Of a stretch of 64,000 nucleotides of DNA, positions 13,314 through 24,203 are shown in pieces. Position 1 is the first letter of the stretch, and every line of letters starts with the position of its first letter. This DNA comes from Cycas panzhihuaensis (lineage: Eukaryota > Plantae > Cycadophyta), in the NCBI GenBank assembly GCA_023213395.1, contig CM041465.1:140747741-140811740 (forward strand), written 5' to 3'. The notes beneath the pieces are model-generated. The model saw only the letters and a list, made by a program, of their open reading frames with translations, had not been told where the DNA came from and did no database searches. Made by a program: the position numbers and the translations under genes.

Positions 13314-14040
13314 TTTAGTATAGACACACATATAATCCATGCACTCTTTTAGAGGTATTTATCTAGTTGCAAATGGAATACCATCTACTTATATTTGTTT
13401 GCTATGTTCTCATCCTTTCCTTGGTGACCTTATTCCTTTAGATCAATTTAGCTATTTTCTTAATGAATTGTTACTATCATTTCATTAGCCATGTTTAATA
13501 TATTTACAAGGACAAATATATGAGTATCCTCATTAAAACTTTAATATCAAATGTGTTTTTAGTACTATAATTATTTCAGTTTATATTAGATGTAATACAT
13601 ATATATTGAGTTTGTAGGCTTAAGTAATTTAACCACCTTACCTTTATTTGTAGATGTGCTTTATTTATGTTATTCATGTGGAAGTTGGCATGAATGCCAC
13701 TTCTTTAACTAGTGGATGTACAGTGACTTTGTGTGAGTTCACCTTTGCCTGTATTTTTTTAGTATGCACCAATTTGGGAGTTGTAGAATATGTGGGTTTT
13801 AATATGATGATTTTGTGGTAGCAGTACATAGTATACTTGTAAAGTGTTTGAAAAAATATCTAAGCAAGCTATAGTAGTAAGGATTGATTTTAGGATATGT
13901 ATAAATTAATTGATTAGTGGATAATTCTTACACCTACCAAGTTACAATTATAACTCCAAGTTCTACCAAGATATTGAACCTATGTTTCATAAACTTAGAG
14001 CTTGGATTTTGAAGAATTTATTATAGTTTGTTATGCACTA

Positions 14041-14165
14041 TGTGTGACCAAAGTTTGTACTTGGTTAATACTAAATGCAACTAGAGGTTGTACCAAGTAT
14101 GACTAAGTGTGACTAGTGGTTGTACCAAGCATAACCAAGTGTGACTAAATGTGACCAAAATGACT
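14041..14165 (+). repeat. Degenerate ~10-bp tandem repeat (GTGTGACCAA-like) in the 3' scaffold of B
   Basis: Repeated tgtgaccaa/gtgactaa/gtaccaag units; a related tract lies in C at ~20975-21095. Confidence 0.6.
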
Positions 14166-14305
14166 CTCAATTTGAATGCAAGCAATATTTCATATGAATG
14201 GATCATCTATACCTAATTATAATCATGTAAAAATGATATGACCCTATTAGCAATGGATTAAAGTAGCTAATTTTTTATTACAAAAAATAAAATATTATGG
14301 GGGGA

Positions 14306-14660
14306 TGTTGGAATATAATGTTTAATTTAAAGGCTATGTATTTAATGTTTAATATGAAGATTATTATATTAGTACATTAAAGGGTATTACTTTTATAATT
14401 AGGGTTAGTTACAACTTAAGGTTGTGAGCCTAAGTATACACTGTCTATTTTACTCATACTTCATTGTAATGATGATCATAAAAGGTGCCATGTATCATCT
14501 TGCATCATTAACTATTCATATTCCCAAAAGTCTCTTATAATGACTTGATATTGTTATATGTACATATTCAATATTTAAGATCAATATAGATTAGTACTTT
14601 GGTTATTATTGTTCATTTTTTATTTTTAAAATATTAAGTATCTACATTATTCATCTTTTA
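14306..14660 (+). repeat. 3' LTR of element B
   Basis: Starts TGTTGGAATAT after the PPT. Confidence 0.9.
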
Positions 14661-17600
14661 ATACAGCCCTTAGGAGAAGTCATTGGTGAAGAAAGGGTTA
14701 TAAAAAAACCATAAAATGTATTAATGATATTAAGAAGTTTGAGATAATAACTATCTCTAAAGACCTAACTACACTCAAGATTGATCAACTTAGTGCTATG
14801 TTAATTATAGTTAAAGAGAAGAAAAGTGGTAGTGAGTTATTAGAATAGTATTTTCCACTAAGGTAAAGATTAGGCTATCTTTTAAAGGCCAAAGTTTTAG
14901 GGAAAGAGTCCAATCTCCTAGAGAAAGGGGATAAAACTTTAAAAACCAAGGACAATTTCATTAAGAATAAGGTAAAAATTATCAAGGTCAAGCATAGGGA
15001 TAATTTTATTAAGGTCAAGGTCAATCCCATCAAGGACAAGGTTAAGGACAAAGATAATATTATCAAATCCAATTTAACCAAGGATAAGGGTGAGCTTTTA
15101 GACCTTAAGGAAGAGGTAGAGGATAAACTCCAAGGGGGAGGAATCAAGAACAAAGAAAGAGGAGTCCTAAAGGTAGATGAATAATGTAATATTCTTATCG
15201 TCATAGAAGTGGATACTTAAAAAATAATTATTTTATAAAAAATTCTAATATACAAAGAGAAGTAGCTAATATAATCATTAAAGAACCAAGGGAGAATGGG
15301 AGACTCTTCTTATCAAGTCTAATAGCCAATTAAGAGGAGGATAGTTGGTACATTAATTTAGATTTCTCTACTTATATGACACATAAGAAAGAATGATTCA
15401 AGGAGCTAGACAATACTTAGAAATGTAAAATCATGTTTAGGGATAATATTACTTTATTTGTAATAAGTAAAGAAAATGTAACCATCCAAATAGATTTTGG
15501 AGAGGCTAGATGAATCAGTGATATATTTTATATCCCTACAGTCAAGAAAAACTTGTTATCTATGGGATAAATAATACCATAAATGTATAACATTATCTTT
15601 GGTAATGGTGATTGCAACATTAAGGACACATTGAGGAATAAGACAATAGTTATTAAGGGTTAAATAACTTGTGATAAATTATTTAAGTTAGTCACACCCC
15701 CAACTAACTACTATACCTTGAAGGTATCAATTAATGTGGATAATGATACTTAGCATAAAAGATTCGGTTATATGAATTGCAGTAACTTAGAATTGATGAA
15801 ATAGATAGAAATGGTGGTTGGCCTATTTGATATTAAATATGGTAAAGAAATATATGAAGATTGTATACTAGGTAAATAAATAAGGGAAGGATTTCCTAAT
15901 GATGGTAATAAGGAAAATAAGCATTTTCAACTAGTGTGTACAGATCTATGTGGACCAATAGATGTACCTTCACTTGGAGGAGCTAAGTACTTCATAACTT
16001 TTATTGATAATTTTACAATAATGGCTTCGATCTATTTTCTTAAGTTTAAATCAAATGTACCTTAATGTTTTATTAAGTTCAAAGTCATGATTGAAAGGCA
16101 TAATAGGCATAAAATATTAACCCTTAGATTAGAAAATATGGGAGAATTCATTTTAAATTAATTCAAAGACTATTATAGGTATTATGGGATAAGGAAATAA
16201 CTTATTAATCCCTATACCTCTCAACGAAACAAGGTAGTTAAAAGGAAGAATATGATCATTATTAAGATGGTTAAGAACATGCTTAAGGATAAGCATATTG
16301 GTAATGAGTATTAGGTAAAAGTTATAAATATAGATATTTACTTATTAAACAAATGCACAATTAAGGTAGTGAGATGGGTCACACATAAGGAAGCTTGGAT
16401 AGGTTATAAACCAAGCATAAAAAACTTAAGAGTTTTTTGGTGCATAGCATATGCACATGTTCTAAAACAAAGAAGAACAAGGTTGAATGATAAAAGCACC
16501 AAGTGCATGTTTATAGGATATAGTGATACATCAAGATCCTATAAATTATATAACCCTAAGCATAAAAACACCATCATGAGTAGGGATATCATCTTCAATG
16601 AAGATGAATTCTATTAAGAGGAAGTTATTGAAAAATATAAAGGTAAAAGCATTATGATTGATATGGATTCTAACTCAAGTAGTATAAATATACCTAGTAC
16701 AAGTGAAGTAGGACCATCAAATTTAATCAAAGAGTTTGAAAATGGGTATAAAGAGGTCATAAACCTCAAAATATTTTAGGTACAAACTTTGAGAAAAGAA
16801 TAATAATATCTCAAAGGATAAATTTTGCACTAATGACTCATGTTATAGAGTTAAATAAGCCTCAAAACTTTGAAGAGGCAAATAGCCAAGTTGAATAGAA
16901 AGAAGTAATGAAAGAAGAATATAATGCCTAAGTGAAGAATAACACTTAGGATTCAATTAATTGCCACCAAGAAAGAATGTCATTAGGATAAAATGGGTCT
17001 ATAAAACTAAGTATAAATTCAATGCTTATATCGACAAATATAAGGCACAATTAGTTGCAAGGGGCTATGCTCAATTTCAAGGAATACACTATAATGAAAC
17101 ATTTGTACCTATTACAAGGTTGGAAACAATTAGATTAATCATGGCCTTAGTTGTATAATAATGTTAGGCAATCCATCAAATAGATGTGAAGAGTGTCTTC
17201 CTAAATGGATATGTTGATGAGAAGATATATGTCTAACAACCTAAGGGTTTTTAAGTGAATGGAAAGGGAAATATAGTCTCTAAACTGAAAAGGGTCTTGT
17301 ATAGACTCAAACAAACATCTAGAGCATAGTAATTTAGGATTAATAAATACTTTAAGAATAAGGGATTCCTAGGGAGCTAATCAGAAATAAATTGTATATA
17401 AAATTGAAAGAAATATTAATATTAATTTTACGATTATATATGTATGACCTAGTATATATTGGGAATTATGACTACTTATCCCAAAAGTTTAAGGAAGATA
17501 TGTGAAAAAGGTTTGAAATGATAGATTTAGGACTTATAAATTATTTCTTAGGTATTAAAGTATGGCAGGATAAAAAGGGGATATTTGTGTTATAGAGGAA

Positions 17601-19772
17601 ACACACATTAGATATGCTACACAAATTTAACATGGATAATTGCAAGCTACTTACAACACTAGTAGAAGTTAGGTTGAAATTGTCTAAGTTAGAGGAGTTT
17701 AAATTAGTTAATCATATACTTTATACATAGTTGATTAGGAACCTTATTACTTAGAGGAACTATTAGGTATGGTCTATATTATAGGTCATTAGGGGATTAT
17801 AGGTTGATTGGTTATACAGACTTAAACTAGGTAGGTTATATAAATGATAAGAAATCTACTCCAGGTTATACATCTAGTTTGGGTTTAGTAGTAATAGTAG
17901 CACAAAGTTCAAAGATCTGAAGGGTGAATGCGTGAGGGCATAAACTCTTATCATAAGTTATATTTACCTTAGATTTTGAAGTGATATTACATTAATATAC
18001 TACTAAATATATTTTCTCCATTAGTTTAGGCTTAAGTAGTCAAGCTTGGTTACACTATTCTTCATTATATATTCTTTGTATGTGATCTTTAAAGTGGGAA
18101 TGACTACTTCTAGGGGAAATATTTCCTCCAAGGTATAAACTAATAAAAATGGTGTCATGCTTATAGTAGTTTAAATGGATGTATAGTAGGTGCATAAAGT
18201 AGGGAAAATATAGATGTACTAGGTTTTTTAGAATATGGATATCATTTTTTTTAAACATAAGATAATATTTTATTTAATCCTTTAATTTGGTCATTGGGCC
18301 ATGGATAGAAATGGGATGATGTCCTATGAGTGATGTGAAATTTAATGCATAGTTCATCTAACACCTTGTTATAAAATATGGTCTTCTTATATATGATTAG
18401 GATGTCAAAAACCCAAAATATATAAGTAATATATTAGAAGATAAAATTGCCAATAACTTTGTTAGTTATAGGAGTTAATGGGATTGCCTCTACTTATATG
18501 GATAAACATTCAATTGTAGATAGGATAAAATTTTATTATAACAAAGATTGGAGGTGTAGTTATCTCAGTTAAGTCTATCCCCACTAGGAAAAAATGTCAT
18601 AGAGTTATAATGGCATAGGGAGTATTGAATGGTTGGAAGATAATATTGGTATAGATATAGCATTTTCTACACCTTTTAATGTACATATATGCATCCTTAA
18701 AGAGACTGGGCTAATAATAATCTATATGAAAAATCTATTAGGTAATAGGCTTCCCCCCAAAATGCCCCCACCAATACCATCACAGAATCTATATATAATG
18801 ATCAAGGCCTCCTTAGGATTTAGGTAGCATTGGAGTACCCTATTAAAGGGTTGTTTATATATCGTTTTGCTAATTAGGAAGCATTCACATTCCATTGTCT
18901 TAACATACTATTTCTCTTTTTAAGATGCCACTTTAGGGAAAATTTTATGATTCAAGTATTAAATAGCATCCCCAGACCATAGTTCACCCTCAATAATATC
19001 AAGAGCCAAGATAGGCTCATAATGTAATAAATCATTTACTGGTGTACTACATATATTAGGGAGAGGTGTATGGGCAAATTCCTCAACTATAATCATTCAT
19101 TTCTTTAACTTCTTATTGACTATTTGAAGGTCAAATTCTTAGAGTAAAACCCACTCTCTTATCTATCTTATGAGATCTAACTTAGTTAAGAGAAATTAAG
19201 GTGTTGGACTGAATGATGTCTCAATTTATATTTCTATGCAAGTAGTGATATAACTACTTTATAGTAAAAGCAAAATCCAAACACTCTTTTTCCACTATGA
19301 TATAGTTGATTTCTATGGTGAGTAATGTGTAACTAATAAAATTGTCTATATGTTTGAAAACCAAGTCATCATTTTGACCTAGCATGGCTCTAAAGGATTC
19401 CTCTATAGAAGAAGTGTAAAGGATGAATGGCTTATTAAAATATGATGTAGTGAATGTAGGGGCTAAAATAAGCCCCTACTTAAGTTTGTTGAAGGAAACC
19501 TAGTCTTTATGGGTCTAAACAACAACAACCGCTTTTTTTGGAGATTCATGAATGGTTTGGCATTTAAAGTAAAATTTATTAGAAAGTAATAAAGAAAGCT
19601 AAGCATCCCAATGAAATACTTGGTCTATATTTGGGTTTTAGGTGGTGGAATTTCTAAAATAGCTTTCACTTTATTAAGATCAACTTGGATTCCATCCATG
19701 GAGATGATAAACCTTAATAATATATTAGCAGTGATGATAAAAATATATTTGAGAGGGTTTAAGCTAACATGG

Positions 19773-20170
19773 TATAGGATTCATTCACTCAATAATCAAG
19801 AACCAAAATAATCAATACAAATTAATGTACCAATGTATTTTATTGAATATTAAATATATACATATAGAGCAATATAAAACCATTATGAAAGAGACTTTTG
19901 GAAATATGAAGGGTTGATCATGCAAGGTGACACATGGAACCTTGTATGATCAACTTACAAAGATGTTATAATGAGGTATAAGCAAAAGAGACCCCACACA
20001 TATAGGGTCACAACCTTAAGTTATAGCTAACCCCAACTATGACACTAATACCCTTCAATATACTAACATACTTTTTAATTAAAATATATAATAACCCTCA
20101 CGTTAAACATTAAACATTAAACATTAAACATTAAACATATGACCCTTAAATTAAATATTATATTCTAATG
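19773..20170 (-). repeat. 3' LTR of element C
   Basis: 398 bp; contains (TTAAACA)5. Confidence 0.9.
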
Positions 20171-21890
20171 TCCTCTTATAATGTTTAATTTTTTACAATA
20201 AAAAATAGTACAAAACATAACCTCTATTCTTTTGACACTTCACCATTAAATTGCTTCATTAAAAGATATTGTTTATGCCCATATAAAGATATCACCATTC
20301 ATCCGGTCACATGGGTAACTAGCCTCTGTGTCTGTTAATCGTCTAGGTAATGTCTTTGTATACATGATTCATCAACACTAAGTAGATCTTTATCTGGGTT
20401 ACATTTCAACTCCTGCAATAGTCCAATTCATTGACATGTATTTGGGGAGCAAGTCAAACTACCTAACCAAATAAATACCACAAAGTTTGACATTCAGGAA
20501 CAAGTTATAGTACTTGTCCAGTAATGTCTAACAACATATGTTAATCTCACCTTTTATCATACGAGATTCTTAATATCAACATTTGACAAACGTCATCATC
20601 ATCTAATCTTTAGCTAGAACAAATCACCATACTATCATTAGTAACTCCTTTGAACAGAATACATCAATGATTTCTTTAAGCTACAAAGCTCACATATAAT
20701 AATAATAACTTATTTACTACAAAGGTATGCATTCAGGCAGTAACACAACTACCATGAATAAATGTAACATATAAAATATGGGGCTCTAAAGCTTTATCAT
20801 TTGCTACTTTACTATGATGACTTCAACATTTAGTTTTCAATCCAGTGCCAATAAATAGGGTCATATTTTATGAATCATCCTTTTTTTATTTAGTGATCAT
20901 AATTACATGTAGAAAATCCATTCATGTGAAATATTACTTACATTCAAGCTAAGAGTCATTTAATCACCTTTTTTAGTTACGGTCTAGGCTATACTTTAGT
21001 TGTAATTTTATGATCTGGTTGCACTTGAGGTTGTAACCTACTCACACTTGTAGTTGTGATTACAACCTAAGTTGTACTTGAGGTTATGCTTATAAGCACT
21101 AAACAAAGGTGTGAAATCTAAAAGCACTCAAGCTAATTGCCATATGAAGTTTTGTGGTTTGGAAAAAAAACAACCATAAAATGATACTAAAACATAAGCT
21201 ACATAGTAATTACACCACAACCTTCCATGTGGAATGTTCATATTACGTAATATTTTGATCTCATGACGATCACAGCTTGTAGGAGGAATGTCTTACATAA
21301 AACTATGGTAGAAGTAGGTGCCTCTGAGTTGCATGCATATCCTAAAATCATTATAGTCCTTACAACTATAATTTATTCAAATATTTTATTAAACATTTTG
21401 TGAGTATCTCTTATACTATCTTATTTGATGTACATATTTATGAGGGCCATCTCTATAAAGTCATTTGATTGAAACTTACCCCTAATAATGCCTTTACAGA
21501 CACTCCTTAATATGTTATAAAGATGCCAAATCAGCACATGCTAGGAGAACATAGGTGAAGGTGAACTCATTAGGTAGAACACTAGTTCATTGTATTTAGT
21601 AAGAAAATGTCAACACATCCTCAAGTTAAGGGAGTGGCATTCATGCTAACTTCCACATAAATAAAATAAAAATAAGAGCACCACTACAAATAGAGATGAG
21701 GAGGTCAAATTACTTGTGGCCCTAAACTCAATATCTATATGTTACATAATCATCATAACCATTCTTAGCATAAGCTAAAATGATTTCAGTCCAAGAAATT
21801 ATATTTATTCTTAGGGTTTTAATGAGGATATGTACATCTTTATCCTTGTAAATCTATGAAACATGGATGTTGTAATGGCAATAACAACTA

Positions 21891-22034
21891 CATCACTTTA
21901 TCGTTGGCTTCTTCATTGACTTTCTTCAACTCATCATAGATTTCTTAGAGCTTCTCAATGGAGAGAATGAGTTCACGATCTATAGGAAAAGTGCAATCTT
22001 CCTCCTTCACCTTCAATTTCTTGGACTTCTCCAT
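21891..22034 (-). pseudogene. NRP1: Captured NAP1-related protein (NRP/SET-TAF-I histone chaperone) N-terminal fragment
   Basis: MEKSKKLKVKEEDCTFPIDRELILSIEKL*EIYDELKKVNEEANDKVM matches the plant NRP1/2 motif DKSKK...[31 protein letters not shown]. Confidence 0.85.
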
Positions 22035-23171
22035 AATAATAGTGAACCCCAAAAATTGAGAGCATGTGTCATGTTGCTAAGAGGGTTATGAGCCTCTCCC
22101 CTCTTTAATGATCTTAAACCCTCAGGTGCTTATTTTAGTAGAGATTTACTATAGATGCCTTCTTGGTCTCTAGTGCTTGGGAATTTTACCAAACACTTAG
22201 TATAACCATCGTGTGTTATGAATCAATAAGAAAATTATTCTTGTGCTCTCTGCTAATATCCTATTTCTTAGTTACATATTTTAATGCTTTTGATAACTCT
22301 AGTGATGGACTTTGTTGATTGAATGTCATAAGTAGAATTGTTTGTTCCTCTTAATTTATTGGATGATTTCTACTTGCTCCTCTGTATAATTTGATCCCCG
22401 TCACTATGATTCTCATTAGATTTATCTAACTTTGTAGGTTTGTCACTGATATTAGACTTGGTAGATATCTTAGCTTTATTAGTGGTCACCACAAGATCAT
22501 TAATAGATAGAATGAGATCCAAATGGTAAATTTTTATAAGGAATTTGTGGTCATATGCTTTATCTCCTAATGCAAGAGTAATGTTAAGGCCCTTAAATTC
22601 CTCTTCCTTATTCTCATTCATGGTTTTGGATTCACTGTGAATCCACATGCTTATGGGTTGATTTCCATCAACATCTAAAGCTAATCTAGAGGTGGTGTAT
22701 TTGAATTTGGTTCTCCTTCAATATGATTTATGCTTATTTGGTGAGGAGCTTTCTCCTCTTCTATTTCTCCTCCTATTGTATTTCCCTATCTTCATCCAAG
22801 ATTTTATGCTCTTCTAATGAAAACTATTAATATAAACTGAATGAATCTTACTGCCATGTCAAAGACCAAAGCCATAGGCAATTCCAACAATATCTAAAAG
22901 ATCAAGTACCTAAAGAAGCCTTAGAGTATAGGCAACAAAGTGAGAGGATCATGATGATTCATGTAAATTAATGCCACAGAAGGACTACTGATAATTCATA
23001 TTCTATATTCTCTGCATGTTGAAATTACTTCTTATTTACCCAATGACTTGCTAACTTGAGATTGCTTGGTAGATTCATGCATGTACAAATATACACACAT
23101 CCTAGTTTTGAAAATTACCATCTCAAGAAGGATGAGGATGGATACCTCTCAAAACCTACTCTAATACCAAA

Positions 23172-23548
23172 TGTAGAATGCACACACTCGACAATCAAGA
23201 ACCAAAATAATCAACACAAACCAATGTATTAATATATTTCATTGAATATCAAATATGTACATATATAGTAATATAAAACCATTACAAGAGAGACTTTTAA
23301 TAACATGAAGGGTTACTTATATAAGGTGACACATGGCACCTTGCATAATCAACTCATAAAGATGTTATAATAAGGTGTGAGCAAAAGAGACCCCACACAT
23401 ATAAGCTCATAACCTCAAGTTATGACTAACCCTAACTATAACACTAATACCCTTCAATGTACTAACATACCCTTCAATTAAAACTTATAATGTCCCTTAC
23501 ATTAGACATTAAACTTATGACCCTTAAATTTAATATTATATTCCAACA
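23172..23548 (-). repeat. 5' LTR of element C
   Basis: 377 bp; begins TGTTGGAATAT on minus, the same start as the B LTRs. Confidence 0.9.
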
Positions 23549-24203
23549 CATGGCATATACAACATCTTAAGAAGATCCTCCTAAAATTCATGATAAGATT
23601 TTCCTATTTGTAGGAGACTCCTAACAAATCATCCATATAGACTTTAATTGTGAAACTTAAATTGCATAGTATATTAGTAGGTTATATTGATATTTTCTAA
23701 GCCAAAGAGCATCATCTTGTAGGTAAACATACCCTATGGTGTGGTGAAGGCTATCTTTTAGCATTTCTCAAGAGAGATTTAGATTTGGTTATACCTTAAC
23801 AAACTTTCTATCAATGACATTAATAAAAACATCAGGATCTAAATACATATGCACTAATCAAAGTATATCATGCTAAATAACTAAAATATTCAAAGGAAAT
23901 ATGCAAATAACATCACACATAGACCAGTAAGGTTGTGGGTGAATTCATCATACCACTGGCTCTCTATAGGGTAGGCTTCCACATAAAATTAAATCAATAT
24001 CATGTGCAAAGGTACGGGGCATTATTTATAGCCATATACCAATATTAATATACAATTTAATAGGCCAATTTAATGACATAAGAGATGGACCCAATGTCAT
24101 CATTAAATATGATTTAATTATATTAAGGGTCTATTCATGCACAATATAAACATTAGATTACAAAGATGTGAAGAAATTGAAGAGGTATTACATAGTTTAG
24201 AAA

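Larger units (their letters stand above)
11192..14660 (+). mobile_element. Non-autonomous LTR element B carrying host-gene cargo
   Basis: 355-bp LTRs at 11192-11546 and 14306-14660. Decayed tRNA-Met PBS TAGTATCATAGT at 11550-11561, PPT GGGGGGA at 14299-14305. It splits the gag of element A; the TSD is degenerate (ATGAG/ATACA). Confidence 0.92.
10798..17905 (+). mobile_element. Decayed Ty1/copia element A (gag-PR-INT-RT-RH), interrupted by element B; LTRs not found
   Basis: gag VPKFDGTNF...MWYLIENGY...AATSKEVWNALK resumes after B (LGEVIGEERV). Protease WYINLDFSTYMT at ~15345. Integrase DLCGP/YFITFID and LRVFWCIAYAHV...SRDIIFNE. RT KWVYKTK...ARGYAQFQGIHYNETF and FEMIDLGLINYFLG. Many stop codons. 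Confidence 0.92.
19773..23548 (-). mobile_element. Non-autonomous LTR element C (same family as B) carrying different cargo
   Basis: LTRs at 19773-20170 and 23172-23548. Perfect TSD CATGG at 19768-19772 and 23549-23553. PBS at 23158-23169 (TGGTATTAGAGT on minus), PPT at 20171-20177. The LTRs and both internal ends align with B. Confidence 0.95.
17930..24120 (-). mobile_element. Decayed Ty3/gypsy (non-chromovirus, Athila/Tat-like) RT-RH-INT, split by element C
   Basis: Minus strand: KIAFTTP*GMFTYKMMLFGLEN and YMDDLL (23560-23800). After C: SLNPLKY...ISMDGIQVDLNKVKAILEIPPPKT (19600-19767). Integrase Zn-finger-like DGIGGG...DYY*PSLFKDAY..IKRCRKC (~18650-18800). The domain order RT>INT is gypsy. 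Confidence 0.85.

Noticed and set aside
13370-13465. SHPFLGDL..DQ resembles NRP SHPALGDL..DQ
   Set aside because: The surrounding residues cannot be derived by C>T decay; likely coincidence, left as unidentified cargo.
14875-15204. 109-aa Leu/Ser-rich minus-strand ORF
   Set aside because: Antisense shadow of the Gln/Gly repeat in the gag of A.
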